Shown here: one piece after another, positions 37,009 through 47,942 of the stretch
How the letters are laid out: every line of letters begins with the position of its first letter
Position numbering within the stretch: the stretch's first letter is position 1
NCBI GenBank assembly: GCA_049965555.1
Contig: JBMFWF010000001.1
Coordinates: forward strand, 32,001 to 96,000
From: Candidatus Parvarchaeum sp.
GTDB taxonomy: Archaea; Nanobdellota; Nanobdellia; Parvarchaeales; Parvarchaeaceae
DNA: 64,000 nucleotides
Direction of reading: 5' to 3'
The notes under the pieces: generated by a model
Databases searched by the model: none
What the model was told of the DNA's origin: nothing
What the model saw: only the letters and a program-made list of their open reading frames with translations
Made by a program: the position numbers and the translations under genes

Positions 37009-37551
37009 ATGGATGAGGAAAAATGCATATTCTGCATGATTACAAGCAAAAAGGTGCCTGCCAAAGTAGTTTATGAGGACCCTATGATAATGGGGGTTTT
37101 AGACATTAACCCTGCTTCAAAGGGCCATGTGATAATGATACCAAAAAAGCACTATAACAATATATATGAGATACCTCAGGAAGAGTTTTTACAGTATATG
37201 AGTGTCGCGAGGGCCGTTGGATACGCAATACTGCTGTCGCTTGCCCCAAACAACGTAGAAATGCTTTACACGAAAGAGCTGACAAAAGGAAGCGTCACCC
37301 CTCATGCCCTTATACACTTGATACCTCGATATAACGAGGATACCATAAATCATGTATGGCAGCCCCAGAAAATGGACGAAAGCGATTTTACTGCCGTAGA
37401 GAATGCTATAAAATCGGCAATAGAAAAGGTAAAGTCTGCAGAAGCTCCAAAACCTGCTAAGCCTGCCGTGGAAGAGCAGAAAAAACCGGAAAATGCAGTT
37501 AAGGAGAACAAACCGCAGATAAACATACAAAGAAAAGTAGTGGTATTTTAA
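37009..37551 (+). CDS. HIT family nucleotide hydrolase
   Basis: CIFC, LDINPASKGH and PHALIHLIPR (atypical HIT motif). Confidence 0.85.
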   Translation: MDEEKCIFCMITSKKVPAKVVYEDPMIMGVLDINPASKGHVIMIPKKHYNNIYEIPQEEFLQYMSVARAVGYAILLSLAPNNVEMLYTKELTKGSVTPHALIHLIPRYNEDTINHVWQPQKMDESDFTAVENAIKSAIEKVKSAEAPKPAKPAVEEQKKPENAVKENKPQINIQRKVVVF

Positions 37552-38081
37552 TTTCCTTTGTACTCGACTGTTTTATTGTCTTCCTTCTTTATTTCTTCCT
37601 GTATTGTTTCCTTTATTTCCTTAAATTCCTTTTTGTCCACATCAAAATAATCATAAAAAGAAGGAGTGATTTTTATTACTTTTTTGCCATCTTCGATAGC
37701 GGTTGAAACCAGGCCTCTGGACTGCAGCTCCTTGACATGCTGATATGATATGCTGCCCCTCCTTTTAACCAAATCTGCCTGTTTTATTTTTCCATTTAAA
37801 ACTATCAAACTTAATGTCATCAAAACCCCTCTGCTCATGTCAGTTCTCAAATTATCCTGCACAAGATAAAGAAGATCGCTTCTAAGCCTCATTCGATATA
37901 AGTTGCCTTCAGTCAATATGTAAAAAGCGCTCTTTCTTTCAGAATACTGCTTATTAAGGTCATTTACCGCCTTTTTTACCATTATTGGATCTGACTTAGT
38001 ACGTTTTACTATCTCCTCTAAGCTTATGCCATCGCCAAAAGAGAATATAAGCGCTTCAACATATTCATTTATCTTTGCCAT
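37548..38081 (-). CDS. scpB: Segregation and condensation protein B (kite)
   Basis: EALIF, TL..I...I.QA.L...RG....HVKEL and T..F.DYF; adjacent to scpA. Confidence 0.9.
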   Translation of the reverse strand: MAKINEYVEALIFSFGDGISLEEIVKRTKSDPIMVKKAVNDLNKQYSERKSAFYILTEGNLYRMRLRSDLLYLVQDNLRTDMSRGVLMTLSLIVLNGKIKQADLVKRRGSISYQHVKELQSRGLVSTAIEDGKKVIKITPSFYDYFDVDKKEFKEIKETIQEEIKKEDNKTVEYKGN

Positions 38082-38129
38082 ACTGCCAATATAGTTATAA
38101 TCACATTCATTGATTTTAAAAGTTCACAG

Positions 38130-38792
38130 TCACTTTACCCTGCTCTTTATGTATATCTCCTGAAAGGGCTCATTTTGTGAGATCTCAACTTTGTTCATGT
38201 TTGATATAAACAAAAGTGGAAGCAAAGTATAGATTATTTCTTTTCTGTCGTTCTTTTTTGAAATCAGTTCGGAGAAAAGGACTGTTTCTTTTATTCCGAA
38301 TAGCTTTCCCAGTTTTTCAACAAGCGACCTTATCCTGTCCTCTATTTTTACTTCCTTCAACTTTAGTTCAAAGTTTATCCTCTGCTTTGTATTGTAACGC
38401 ATTGCTTCTCTTATTGTGTTTATCAGCTCCGTAAGTGTTATCTTCCTGCTTCTGAAAATCGGCAGCTTCGACGTCACTGCTATGTCGAAAGGCACGGCTT
38501 TTATATACCTTTGCTGGCTTTCCCTTTCTTTTTTCACGTTGAGCTCAAGCATCTCTTCTACAACTGTATCAGATTTCATTTTCAGTAGGATGGCAGCAGT
38601 ATAGACAAATTTGCCGCCGAACCTAAAGTCTATCTGATTTATCTTGGAGATAAGTGCAGCGAACCTATCGGCTATTTTAATAAGGTCTATATCCATGGGA
38701 TCCATCCCTTCTTCCCTTATTATTGTAGTTATAAGATGCTCCCACCCTAGCTCGTCATTCAGTATAAGCTTGTATATTTCTTCGTGATCCAT
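38130..38792 (-). CDS. scpA: Segregation and condensation protein A (kleisin)
   Basis: MDPMDIDL, AAILLKMKS, RKITL.EL and LLF...V.I.Q.EPF.EI.I. Confidence 0.9.
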   Translation of the reverse strand: MDHEEIYKLILNDELGWEHLITTIIREEGMDPMDIDLIKIADRFAALISKINQIDFRFGGKFVYTAAILLKMKSDTVVEEMLELNVKKERESQQRYIKAVPFDIAVTSKLPIFRSRKITLTELINTIREAMRYNTKQRINFELKLKEVKIEDRIRSLVEKLGKLFGIKETVLFSELISKKNDRKEIIYTLLPLLFISNMNKVEISQNEPFQEIYIKSRVK

Positions 38793-38793
38793 C

Positions 38794-41079
38794 TCAACCG
38801 AAGTAATTAAGCTCCTTCGCCTTTTCCTTTTTACTATAAAGTTTCTTAGCCATCTCTTCGTACTTCTTTGCCTCCTCGGGAGTCAAGCTGGGCCTTACTA
38901 AATCTAGAGCTTTTTCAAAGTCCTCTCTGGTTACTTTGCTTGCGGAAATGCTGTTCCTCAAGGCATTCATGCCTGCTTCTTTTGCAAGCCTTTCTATGTC
39001 TGATCCAACGTAACCCTCTGTTTTTTTGGTAAGAAATTCGATTAGTTCATCTTTATCCCCTTCTATAGGCATTTTGTTCAGGTATACTTTAAGTATCTCC
39101 TTTCTGCCATTCTCATCAGGAGGCGGCACAAAGACTATGTTGTCAAACCTTCCTGTCCTAAGTATTGCTGGATCAACCTTATCAACCCTGTTTGTAGCAC
39201 CTATTACAATCACGTTCTTAAGCGGTTCTATACCATCTAATTCCGTAAGCAATTGATTCACCACCTGTTCTGTTGCATTGTTTCCTTCGTAGTTAGACCT
39301 GGATGAGGCTATACTGTCCAGCTCATCTATGAATATTATAGATGGAGAAACCTGCCTTGCCTTGTCGAATATCTCCCTTATCCTTTTTTCGCTTTCGCCA
39401 ACGTACTTGTTGTATATCTCCGGTCCCTTGATTGCAATGAAATTTGATTCTGTTTCATGGGCCACAGCCCTTGCAAGCAAGGTCTTACCTGTTCCAGGCG
39501 GACCGTAAAGAAGTATGCCTTTTGGAGGAGTTATTCCTATCTTTCTAAATGAATCAGGATGCTTCAAAGGCCATTCTATTGCCTCTTTAAGCTGAGCTTT
39601 AACCTGATCCAAACCGCCGACATCTTCCCATCCAACGCTAGGTCTTTCAACTAAAACCTCACGCATTGCACTGGGCCTTACGAACCTTAATGCTTCCCTG
39701 AAATCATCCATGGTAACTATCAATTTTTCAAGAACTGTTTTTGGAATGTTTTCTCCCTCTTTAACATTTAATTCGTTTATGTTTCTTCTAATAACATTCA
39801 TAGCAGCTTCCTTTATCAGTGATTCTATATCTGCACCGACAAAACCGTGTGTTATCTTTGATATATATGTAAGGTCAACACTCTTGTCTAACGGCATGTT
39901 TCTTGTGTGTATGTTCAGTATCTCCAACCTTCCCTTTTCATTCGGCACACCAAACATTATTTCTCTGTCAAACCTTCCAGGTCTACGCAATGCAGGATCT
40001 ATTGCATTTGGCCGATTCGTAGCGGCTATAACTATTACTTTGCCTCTGCTCTTCAAACCGTCCATTAAAGTAAGCAGCTGTGAAACAACTCTATGTTCTA
40101 CTTCCCCTATGCTTTCTTCTCTCTTTGTAGCTATTGCGTCTATCTCATCTATGAATATTATTGAAGGCGCATTCTTCTCGGCCTCATCGAATATTTCTCT
40201 TAGCTTCTTTTCAGCGTCACCAACCCACTTGCTCATTACCTCTGGCCCATTTATAGTTATAAAGTGGGCATCGCTTTCATCAGCTACAGCCCTTGCAAGC
40301 AAGGTCTTACCTGTTCCAGGCGGACCGTAAAGCAAAACACCTCTTGGCGGAGTTATCCCCAATCGCATGAATATCTCAGGGTGTTTCAATGGCATCTCTA
40401 CCATTTCCCTTATTTTTGAAACTTCATCTGATAAGCCGCCTACGTCTTCGTAACTAACATGCTTCACCCTTGATTCTTCGGAAAGCTTCACTGGCTCCGG
40501 AGATATGTTTATATCAGTGTTTTCTGTTATTACTACAAATCCTTTCGGCGAAGTCGAAGTAACAAGAAAACGTAGCTCTGAAAAGCCAAACTGAAAGGAC
40601 GGAAAAGCGGTATTTTCAAAGATACTCATTATGTCATCACCAAAAAATGAAGCAAATGAACTTCTTCCGCCACTACCCAATGTTATTATATCTCCTTTAG
40701 ATATTGCTCTGTCAAGAAGCAGCCTTCCTATCACATTTTCGGCTCCTCTTATTGATATTGTAGACAATGGAGAAAGGTTGACTATATCAGCCTCATAAAC
40801 CTCTGCCTTTCTAACTATCACATTTTCCCCTATTGCCGCTTTTGCATTCTTTCTTGTCGTACCATCCATTCTTATTATGTTCAAACCTAAATCGCCTGGA
40901 TGCGCTCTGTCGACCTTTGCAACCGTTTTCCTATTTCCTTCTATTTCAACGAAATCTCCAGGCCTTACTCCAATCTGCTTCATCCACGCAGTTCCTATTC
41001 TTACAGAATTTTGGCCTATATCATCCTGCTGAGCTTCTGCAACTTTTAGACTTATTTCTATTTTGTCATTATCTTCCAT
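38794..41079 (-). CDS. cdc48: CDC48/VAT family AAA+ ATPase
   Basis: N-domain plus two AAA domains (GPPGTGKT and IIFIDE each twice), [12 protein letters not shown] and C-terminal YFG HbYX-like tail. Confidence 0.96.
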   Translation of the reverse strand: MEDNDKIEISLKVAEAQQDDIGQNSVRIGTAWMKQIGVRPGDFVEIEGNRKTVAKVDRAHPGDLGLNIIRMDGTTRKNAKAAIGENVIVRKAEVYEADIVNLSPLSTISIRGAENVIGRLLLDRAISKGDIITLGSGGRSSFASFFGDDIMSIFENTAFPSFQFGFSELRFLVTSTSPKGFVVITENTDINISPEPVKLSEESRVKHVSYEDVGGLSDEVSKIREMVEMPLKHPEIFMRLGITPPRGVLLYGPPGTGKTLLARAVADESDAHFITINGPEVMSKWVGDAEKKLREIFDEAEKNAPSIIFIDEIDAIATKREESIGEVEHRVVSQLLTLMDGLKSRGKVIVIAATNRPNAIDPALRRPGRFDREIMFGVPNEKGRLEILNIHTRNMPLDKSVDLTYISKITHGFVGADIESLIKEAAMNVIRRNINELNVKEGENIPKTVLEKLIVTMDDFREALRFVRPSAMREVLVERPSVGWEDVGGLDQVKAQLKEAIEWPLKHPDSFRKIGITPPKGILLYGPPGTGKTLLARAVAHETESNFIAIKGPEIYNKYVGESEKRIREIFDKARQVSPSIIFIDELDSIASSRSNYEGNNATEQVVNQLLTELDGIEPLKNVIVIGATNRVDKVDPAILRTGRFDNIVFVPPPDENGRKEILKVYLNKMPIEGDKDELIEFLTKKTEGYVGSDIERLAKEAGMNALRNSISASKVTREDFEKALDLVRPSLTPEEAKKYEEMAKKLYSKKEKAKELNYFG
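39464..40332. repeat. 47-bp perfect direct repeat (39464-39510 and 40286-40332) between the cdc48 D2 and D1 Walker A regions
   Basis: ACAGCCCTTGCAAGCAAGGTCTTACCTGTTCCAGGCGGACCGTAAAG read at both sites, 822 bp apart. Confidence 0.92.
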
Positions 41080-41083
41080 TTTA

Positions 41084-41587
41084 CTAACCTCCTAAGATGA
41101 ATACTCTCTTTTTCAAGTATTCAACGTTCCATTTCTTTATGAAATCCTCTGCATCCTTTTCATGTGTAGAAGGCACAAAGATAGCACTCTTTGTTAGCCT
41201 TCCCCCTCCCAAGGTCTGCAATAAGCCTTCTTTGCCTCTTCTTCCTAGCAATGCATAATTAAAAAGCATCTTTCTGCTCTGCTCTAATTTTGTAAGATCA
41301 TAGAATATTTCGGTTATCTCCTTAAATCCAAATTTATTAAAGAACGGCTCATTATCAAAAACACTGACAGCGTCAACAAACTGCGAAAACATCTTTCTCT
41401 GCAGTATGTCTACCATGTCCAAAAATTCTACGTTCTTTCCGAAAACTTTTTCTATTTTCTCCTCATTGCTTTTGCTATCATCCTTTAAGATAACATAAAG
41501 TTTGTTATCTTTCTTTATTGCATCAAAAAGGCATTCAATTACATCATCAGGAACAGAGTCTATTTCCATATGTTTACGATAAACCAT
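41084..41587 (-). CDS. Hypothetical protein; C-terminal domain resembles that of archaeal MNT-domain proteins
   Basis: YDL..L....K..F.YAL.GR.GKEGLL..LGG..L.K.AI.VP motif; start may be 41569; 4-nt gap to cdc48. Confidence 0.65.
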   Translation of the reverse strand: MVYRKHMEIDSVPDDVIECLFDAIKKDNKLYVILKDDSKSNEEKIEKVFGKNVEFLDMVDILQRKMFSQFVDAVSVFDNEPFFNKFGFKEITEIFYDLTKLEQSRKMLFNYALLGRRGKEGLLQTLGGGRLTKSAIFVPSTHEKDAEDFIKKWNVEYLKKRVFILGG

Positions 41588-41729
41588 ATGAATGAACTAA
41601 TATAAATAGCTTTCGCTTTTTTAATGCTTTAAAAAGCTTTGTTTTTCAATAAACAAACAAAAAATAAATCAGCAGTTATTTCAATTAAAAAACAGTAAAG
41701 CTTAAAAATAGAAAAAAACGTAAAATGCT

Positions 41730-41963
41730 ATGGTAATTGCAACAGATGCAGGCGCTCTATACGCGATAGCCGCAGCAATAGCAATAGCAGGTGGTTTAAT
41801 AGGTACCGGAATGGCGCAGCAAGGAATAGGTGCAGCCGGTATGGGAATAATAGCTGAAAAGCCTGAAAAATTCGGACAGGTGCTTTTCTTCTTCGTAATC
41901 CCCGAAACACTGTGGATAATAGGTTTCGTGCTTGGGTTGATATTGCTATTACAGATACTGTGA
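41730..41963 (+). CDS. atpK: A/V-type ATP synthase subunit K (c, proteolipid)
   Basis: Single hairpin, AQQGIGAAGMG..AEKPE and ion-binding Glu in IPETL. Confidence 0.95.
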   Translation: MVIATDAGALYAIAAAIAIAGGLIGTGMAQQGIGAAGMGIIAEKPEKFGQVLFFFVIPETLWIIGFVLGLILLLQIL

Positions 41964-41976
41964 GGTATAGCGTTGT

Positions 41977-42537
41977 ATGGGCTTGGAGAAAATAGCAGAA
42001 CACATAGAGAAAGAGACTGATACTAAGGTCAAGAAAATCATTATAGAAGCACAGACCAGGGCAAATCAATCAGCAGAGGAAACAGATAAGAAAGTCAAAG
42101 AGATATTAAAAGAAGCAGAAGAAAAGACAAAGGCACTCGTAGCTGAAAAAGAAGAAATTGAAAAAGCTAAGATAAATGTTGAAAAGAACCAAATCATAAA
42201 AAGGGCAGTGAGCAGCGCTTTCAAGGAAAGCATTAACAACCTTTATTCTTCGCAGGAAAAATTCAGCAAAACCGAAGAATACGAAAAATTGATGAACATA
42301 CTCATAAAGGAGGCTAAAAAAAGAATAGGAGAAGATGCCGTCCTTTTTATGAATAAAGAGGATTTGCATACTTTCGGCAAAAAGGAAAAGAATGCCAAGC
42401 CAACGAAAAAAAAGATGTTTGGAGTCTACGCAGAAAGCCCTGACGGCAAGTTCTCCATTGATTTGTCTTTGGATAAAGCCATACAGTCCTTAGAAGAAAA
42501 GATTGCAAAAAAAGTAATTGAAAACTTGGAGAAATAA
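41977..42537 (+). CDS. atpE: A/V-type ATP synthase subunit E
   Basis: MGLEKI coiled coil, GV.AESPDG domain and operon position. Confidence 0.88.
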   Translation: MGLEKIAEHIEKETDTKVKKIIIEAQTRANQSAEETDKKVKEILKEAEEKTKALVAEKEEIEKAKINVEKNQIIKRAVSSAFKESINNLYSSQEKFSKTEEYEKLMNILIKEAKKRIGEDAVLFMNKEDLHTFGKKEKNAKPTKKKMFGVYAESPDGKFSIDLSLDKAIQSLEEKIAKKVIENLEK

Positions 42538-42538
42538 A

Positions 42539-43579
42539 ATGGATTCTACATATGCTGGCGCATACGGACACGTTAAGGCGCTTTACCTTAATCTTTTAAA
42601 AAAAGACGAGATAGACAGGATAAAGGAAACGAAGAAAGACGAGTTCATGAATGTGCTTTCTTCTACGTCTTACAAAAATGAAATAGATCAGTTTTATAAT
42701 CGTTTCAAGGAGCCAGACATAATAGATATTATTGTAAATACTCACTTTTTGAATAACTGCAACTCTGCTATGGGGGTCCTTCCAAGCATTGGAAAACCAT
42801 TGATAAGAAGTTATCTTTCAAAGATAGATATACAGAACATAAAACTTATCCTTGCAGCAAAGCTTATAGGAAAGAATGTAGAAATGACTGAGAACATTTT
42901 GACCATAGGAAGAAGCTTTCCATTAGGATTATCAAGTCCCTTGATAAGCAAAGAAGAGTACAGAAACATAATAGAGCAAAAGGATATAGTTGAAGTAATA
43001 AATTACCTTACAAGATACCCTTATGGGAGGGTATTGCTTCCCTTTTCAGTTTCTGCCGAATTAAGCAGAGACGTTTCCGGAATGTCATTGGCGCTTGACA
43101 TTGAGTATTACAATGACCTCCTTAGAAACTTCAAGTTCTACAATGGAAATGAAGGCCCTGTGCTTAGATTCATACAAGGATTGATAGATTTAAGGAACAT
43201 AATAACAGTGATCAAAGAGATAGAACTTAAGAAGCCTGCAAAAGAACTTTTAATAAAAGGCGGTTCAATAAGTACTGATAAATTAAATGATATGACAAAG
43301 ATGAATATAGAAGACTTTATAAAAGATTTGCCTTATGACTTAAATGATGCCTTGCAACTTTACAAACAGGACGGGCTCATAGCAAACTTCGAGGTAGAGC
43401 TAAAGAGGATCGTTCACGATAAGTACCTGCCAATATTCAGGGCAAACTCTCTTTCGATAGCTTCTACGCTTTCATTCATAATAAGCGCAGAAATAGAAAG
43501 GGATACTATAAGACTCAGCTGGTTTAAAAAATATTATAACATAGAAAAGAAAGTAGTTGATATAGGGTATGGAATTTAA
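42539..43579 (+). CDS. atpC: A/V-type ATP synthase subunit C (d)
   Basis: MDSTYA, DIQNIK.IL, LD..YY, IDLRN and GGSI; ATG at 42539. Confidence 0.9.
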   Translation: MDSTYAGAYGHVKALYLNLLKKDEIDRIKETKKDEFMNVLSSTSYKNEIDQFYNRFKEPDIIDIIVNTHFLNNCNSAMGVLPSIGKPLIRSYLSKIDIQNIKLILAAKLIGKNVEMTENILTIGRSFPLGLSSPLISKEEYRNIIEQKDIVEVINYLTRYPYGRVLLPFSVSAELSRDVSGMSLALDIEYYNDLLRNFKFYNGNEGPVLRFIQGLIDLRNIITVIKEIELKKPAKELLIKGGSISTDKLNDMTKMNIEDFIKDLPYDLNDALQLYKQDGLIANFEVELKRIVHDKYLPIFRANSLSIASTLSFIISAEIERDTIRLSWFKKYYNIEKKVVDIGYGI

Positions 43580-43892
43580 AAAAATAGTTTTCATAGGAGA
43601 CAGGAGAGATGCACTTGGATTGAAGCTTGCAGGCATAGACAATTCTATTAATTTGACTGGAAAAGAAGCGCTTAATGAAGTGATTAAATTAATAAAAAGC
43701 AAAGAGTATAACCTTATAATAACCGAAGAAAGTATAAAGGAATATGCGGACCAGAATGAGATTAGCATAATAAATTTAAGCGTCGATCCGTTAGTATTGC
43801 TTATACCTTCGCAGGAGGTAGAAGAAAATAAAGAATCGCTGGAAAGCCTGGCAAAGAGAGTATTGGGGGTGGATATAAATAAATTAAAATAA
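43569..43892 (+). CDS. atpF: A/V-type ATP synthase subunit F
   Basis: IGD...GLKLAGI and RVLGVDI. Confidence 0.92.
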   Translation: MEFKKIVFIGDRRDALGLKLAGIDNSINLTGKEALNEVIKLIKSKEYNLIITEESIKEYADQNEISIINLSVDPLVLLIPSQEVEENKESLESLAKRVLGVDINKLK

Positions 43893-43893
43893 A

Positions 43894-45645
43894 ATGGAAG
43901 GAAAAGTAATAGGAATATCTGGTTCTGTAGTAACTGTCTCCGGTCTTGAGGACCCGAAGATGAACAACATAGTATTCATAGGAGAGAACGAACTTGTTGG
44001 TGAGATAGTAAAGATAGAAGAGAAAAATGCAATAGTTCAGGTATATGAAGACACAAGCGGATTAAAGATAGGAGAAAAGGCGGTCGACAGCAGAGAGCCA
44101 CTGTCTGTTGAACTTGGCCCTGGATTGATAGGCTCGATATTTGACGGCATACAAAGGCCATTGGATAAAATCCTAAACAAAGAAGGTACTTTCATAAGCA
44201 GCGGAGTAAAGGTTAATTCGTTAGACAGAGAAAAGAAATGGCACTTCAAGCCAAAAGTGGAAGTAGGGAAGGAAGTTGAAGCAGGTGAAGAGATCGGAGA
44301 AGTCAAGGAAACCTCTCTTATAAAACATAAGGTTCTTGTTCCAGTAAATCAAAAAGGCATAATAAAGAAAATAGCAGAAGAAGGAGAATATACTGTAGAA
44401 GACACAATTGCCTGGTTGGAGAATGATAAGAAAACTGAAGAGATAAAGCTGATGACAAAATGGCCTGTAAGAACGGCAAGGCCTGTAAAAGAGAAACTTG
44501 CTCCTACCATACCTCTATTGACAGGTCAAAGAGTCATAGACACAATGTTTCCCGTTGCAATGGGGGGAACCGCAGCAGTCCCTGGGCCATTTGGATCCGG
44601 AAAAACTGTAATTCAGCACCAGCTTGCAAAATGGTCTGATGCGGATGTCATAGTATATGTAGGCTGCGGTGAAAGAGGAAATGAAATGACAGAGATTCTT
44701 ACAACCTTTCCAGAACTAAAAGATCCAAAAAGCGGGAAGCCATTAATGGATAGGACAATACTTATAGCAAATACCTCAAACATGCCTGTAGCAGCAAGAG
44801 AAGCGAGTATTTACACTGGAATAACGCTTGCGGAGTATTACAGAGATATGGGTTACAGCGTAGCAGTAATGGCCGACAGTACATCAAGATGGGCTGAAGC
44901 ATTAAGAGAGCTTTCCGGAAGGTTAGAGGAGATGCCGGGAGAGGAAGGTTATCCAGCTTATCTTGGTAGAAGAATAGGTGAATTCTATGAAAGAGCAGGC
45001 AGGGCAAGAATATTGAGTGGAAAAATAGGTGCGGCAACAATAATAGGGGCAGTTTCTCCGCCCGGTGGTGACATATCCGAGCCTGTCTCGCAGAATACCC
45101 TTAGAGTTACAAGAGTATTTTGGGCGCTGGATGCATCGCTCGCAAATGCAAGACATTTCCCATCAATAAACTGGCTCAACAGTTATTCTTTGTATACAGA
45201 TGAATTAGACCAATGGTACAGAAAGAACATTGCAGAGGACTGGCCTGAACTAAGGGATAAAGCAATGGCTACACTGCAGAAAGAAGCAGAGATAAATGAA
45301 ATTGTACAGCTTGTCGGTTACGATGCACTTCCAGAATCCGACAAACTTATACTTGACGTTGCAAGGATGCTTAGAGAGGACTACCTGCAGCAGAATGCTT
45401 TTGATGATGTAGACACTTATGCATCAGTAAGCAAACAGTACAAGATGCTTAAAATTATAAGTGAAGTATTCGACGCTGAGAAAGCTGCACTTGAAAGAAA
45501 CGTTCCAATTGAGAAACTGCAATCGATACAGATAAAACCGAAAATAGCAAGATTAAGGTATACCCCTGAAGAAGAAATTGATAATAAACTAAAAGAAATA
45601 GAAAAAGACATAGAAGCAATACAAAAAATAAGCGTGGAGAAGTAA
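43894..45645 (+). CDS. atpA: A/V-type ATP synthase subunit A
   Basis: [17 protein letters not shown] and [13 protein letters not shown]; no intein. Confidence 0.98.
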   Translation: MEGKVIGISGSVVTVSGLEDPKMNNIVFIGENELVGEIVKIEEKNAIVQVYEDTSGLKIGEKAVDSREPLSVELGPGLIGSIFDGIQRPLDKILNKEGTFISSGVKVNSLDREKKWHFKPKVEVGKEVEAGEEIGEVKETSLIKHKVLVPVNQKGIIKKIAEEGEYTVEDTIAWLENDKKTEEIKLMTKWPVRTARPVKEKLAPTIPLLTGQRVIDTMFPVAMGGTAAVPGPFGSGKTVIQHQLAKWSDADVIVYVGCGERGNEMTEILTTFPELKDPKSGKPLMDRTILIANTSNMPVAAREASIYTGITLAEYYRDMGYSVAVMADSTSRWAEALRELSGRLEEMPGEEGYPAYLGRRIGEFYERAGRARILSGKIGAATIIGAVSPPGGDISEPVSQNTLRVTRVFWALDASLANARHFPSINWLNSYSLYTDELDQWYRKNIAEDWPELRDKAMATLQKEAEINEIVQLVGYDALPESDKLILDVARMLREDYLQQNAFDDVDTYASVSKQYKMLKIISEVFDAEKAALERNVPIEKLQSIQIKPKIARLRYTPEEEIDNKLKEIEKDIEAIQKISVEK

Positions 45646-45646
45646 T

Positions 45647-47026
45647 ATGGAAGAAATAGAATACAAGACAATTGAAAGGGTAACGAACGTACTGCTCTTT
45701 GTCAAGGATGTGAAAAATGCAGCTTACAATGAGCAGGTTGAAATAGAACTTGAAAACGGCAAAAAAGTAAGTGGCCAGGTTCTTGCGACGAATGAAGACG
45801 TGACCATAGTACAGGTGTTCGGCGAAACCACCGGAATGAACACTCAAACTACAAAAGTCAGGTTTAAGGGAACTACTTTTAAAATGCCGGTAAGCATGGA
45901 CATGGTTGGCAGAGTATTCGATGGATTAGGCAGACCAAGAGACGGCGGCATACCAATCTTCAGCGATGAAAAGATGGACATAAACGGAAGCCCCATAAAT
46001 CCATATGCAAGAGAAGAACCTTCAGAATTCGTACAAACCGGGATATCTTCAATAGACTGTATGAATACTCTTGTAAGAGGCCAGAAGCTTCCAATATTCT
46101 CCGGCGCGGGTCTTGCACATAACAAGCTTGCTGCGCAGATAGTAAAGCAGGCAAAGATACTTGCAGAAAAACAAAACTTCTACGTTGTCTTCGGCGGAAT
46201 AGGAATAAATAGTGAAGATGCAAACTTTTTCATAAACGAATTCCAGAACAGCGGTGCACTTGACAGGTCGGTTATATTCCTAAATCTTGCTGCAGAGCCT
46301 TCAATGGAGAGGGTTATTCTTCCAAGACTTGCATTGACAGCTGCAGAATATTTGGCATATGAAAAAAACGCGCACGTAATTGTAATACTTACAGATATGA
46401 CAAATTATGCAGAAGCTCTTCGTGAGATATCTGCAGCTAGAGACGAAGTACCAGGAAGAAGAGGCTACCCAGGATACATGTACACTGATCTTGCAGGCCT
46501 TTTCGAAAGGGCAGGAAAGGTAAAAGGGAAGGAAGGCTCGGTAACTCAGCTGCCAATACTTACAATGCCGAGCGATGACATAACTCATCCGATTCCAGAC
46601 TTAACAGGCTACATTACAGAAGGACAGATAGTACTAAGCAGGGCTTTGGACAAAAGCGGGATCTATCCTGGAGTTGATGTGCTTCTTTCTCTGTCAAGGC
46701 TTATGAACCAAGGGATAGGAAAAGATTCCACAAGAGAAGACCACAGAAGCGTATCTGATCAATTGTATGCTGCGTATGCAAAAGGAAAAGAACTTAGAAG
46801 TTTAACAGAAATAGTAGGAGAAGACGCTTTAAGTAAAATCGATAAACAGTACCTGCATTTTGCTGAAGAATTTGAGAACAGATTCATAAGACAAGGATTC
46901 AATGAAGACAGAAGCATAAATGAAACCTTAGATCTTGGATGGGAACTTTTAAGCGGTATAGACAAGAGCGAGATGAAAAGGATAAAACCTGAATTAATAG
47001 AAAAATACGGCAAATGGAAACAATAA
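45647..47026 (+). CDS. atpB: A/V-type ATP synthase subunit B
   Basis: [24 protein letters not shown] and [16 protein letters not shown]. Confidence 0.98.
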   Translation: MEEIEYKTIERVTNVLLFVKDVKNAAYNEQVEIELENGKKVSGQVLATNEDVTIVQVFGETTGMNTQTTKVRFKGTTFKMPVSMDMVGRVFDGLGRPRDGGIPIFSDEKMDINGSPINPYAREEPSEFVQTGISSIDCMNTLVRGQKLPIFSGAGLAHNKLAAQIVKQAKILAEKQNFYVVFGGIGINSEDANFFINEFQNSGALDRSVIFLNLAAEPSMERVILPRLALTAAEYLAYEKNAHVIVILTDMTNYAEALREISAARDEVPGRRGYPGYMYTDLAGLFERAGKVKGKEGSVTQLPILTMPSDDITHPIPDLTGYITEGQIVLSRALDKSGIYPGVDVLLSLSRLMNQGIGKDSTREDHRSVSDQLYAAYAKGKELRSLTEIVGEDALSKIDKQYLHFAEEFENRFIRQGFNEDRSINETLDLGWELLSGIDKSEMKRIKPELIEKYGKWKQ

Positions 47027-47625
47027 GAGTAACTAGAAGGGAATTGATAGAAACAAAAAGAAAGATAAAGACTGCAAATAGAGGCTTACAGCTACTAAAA
47101 ATGAAAAGATCCTCTCTGATATTAGAATTTTTTGAGCTGGCAAAGCAGGTTCAGAGCATGAAAACAGATCTCAAAAAAACAATGGATAAAAGCAGAGAAA
47201 GCTTGGAGATAGCCGAGGCTTTAAGCGGCAGAATAACAATAGAGAGGGTAGCACAGGAACAAAGCGAAAAACTTGCCAGCCTTAAAGCAAGAAATGTTAT
47301 GGGCTTAGTTATACCAAACATAAACTTAAATGAAACTATTGACGTTCTCAGCAAAAGCGACAGCTTGACAATACCAACGCCTGTTTACGATGCAAAAAAC
47401 ATGTACTCTTCCTTCCTGTCAATGCTAATAGAAATCGCTGAAAAGGAGACTGCAATGCGGAATTTGCTAAATGAGATTTACAAATTAAACAGGAGGACAA
47501 ATTCAATAGAAAATGTCATAATACCTAGATGGGAAGCAAAGATAAAATACATAAAACAAAGCTTAGATGATATGGAAAGGGATAGATTAGTGTCTATAAA
47601 ATTCATAAAGAGGCTGCATAGTTAA
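47014..47625 (+). CDS. atpD: A/V-type ATP synthase subunit D
   Basis: TRRELI, RG..LLK.KR, NVMG and RR.N..E..IIP. Confidence 0.94.
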   Translation: METIRVTRRELIETKRKIKTANRGLQLLKMKRSSLILEFFELAKQVQSMKTDLKKTMDKSRESLEIAEALSGRITIERVAQEQSEKLASLKARNVMGLVIPNINLNETIDVLSKSDSLTIPTPVYDAKNMYSSFLSMLIEIAEKETAMRNLLNEIYKLNRRTNSIENVIIPRWEAKIKYIKQSLDDMERDRLVSIKFIKRLHS

Positions 47626-47942
47626 TGGAATCGCTTGAAACTCTGCAAAGGATAAGGGAGATAGAAGAGGAGTCTACAAAGAAGATAGAACAGGCACAAG
47701 AGAAAGCTAAAAATTTGATAGAAGAAACGGAAAAGCAGAATGCTGAAAAAATAAAAAAAGCAGAAAAGGAAGCACGTGATATGATGAACAGTGCAATAGA
47801 AGAAGTCGAGAAAGAGACCGAAAAACTTAGAGAAGAAGCATTAAAAGAAGCAAATCAAAAGGCAGATACTATAAAACCGCTTGGTGAGAAAAAGATGCTT
47901 GATATATTTGAAGAAGTCTTAAAGGAGGAATTTAAAATATAA
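47625..47942 (+). CDS. atpH: A/V-type ATP synthase subunit H (G, peripheral stalk)
   Basis: Charged coiled coil located between atpD and atpI. Confidence 0.8.
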   Translation: MESLETLQRIREIEEESTKKIEQAQEKAKNLIEETEKQNAEKIKKAEKEARDMMNSAIEEVEKETEKLREEALKEANQKADTIKPLGEKKMLDIFEEVLKEEFKI

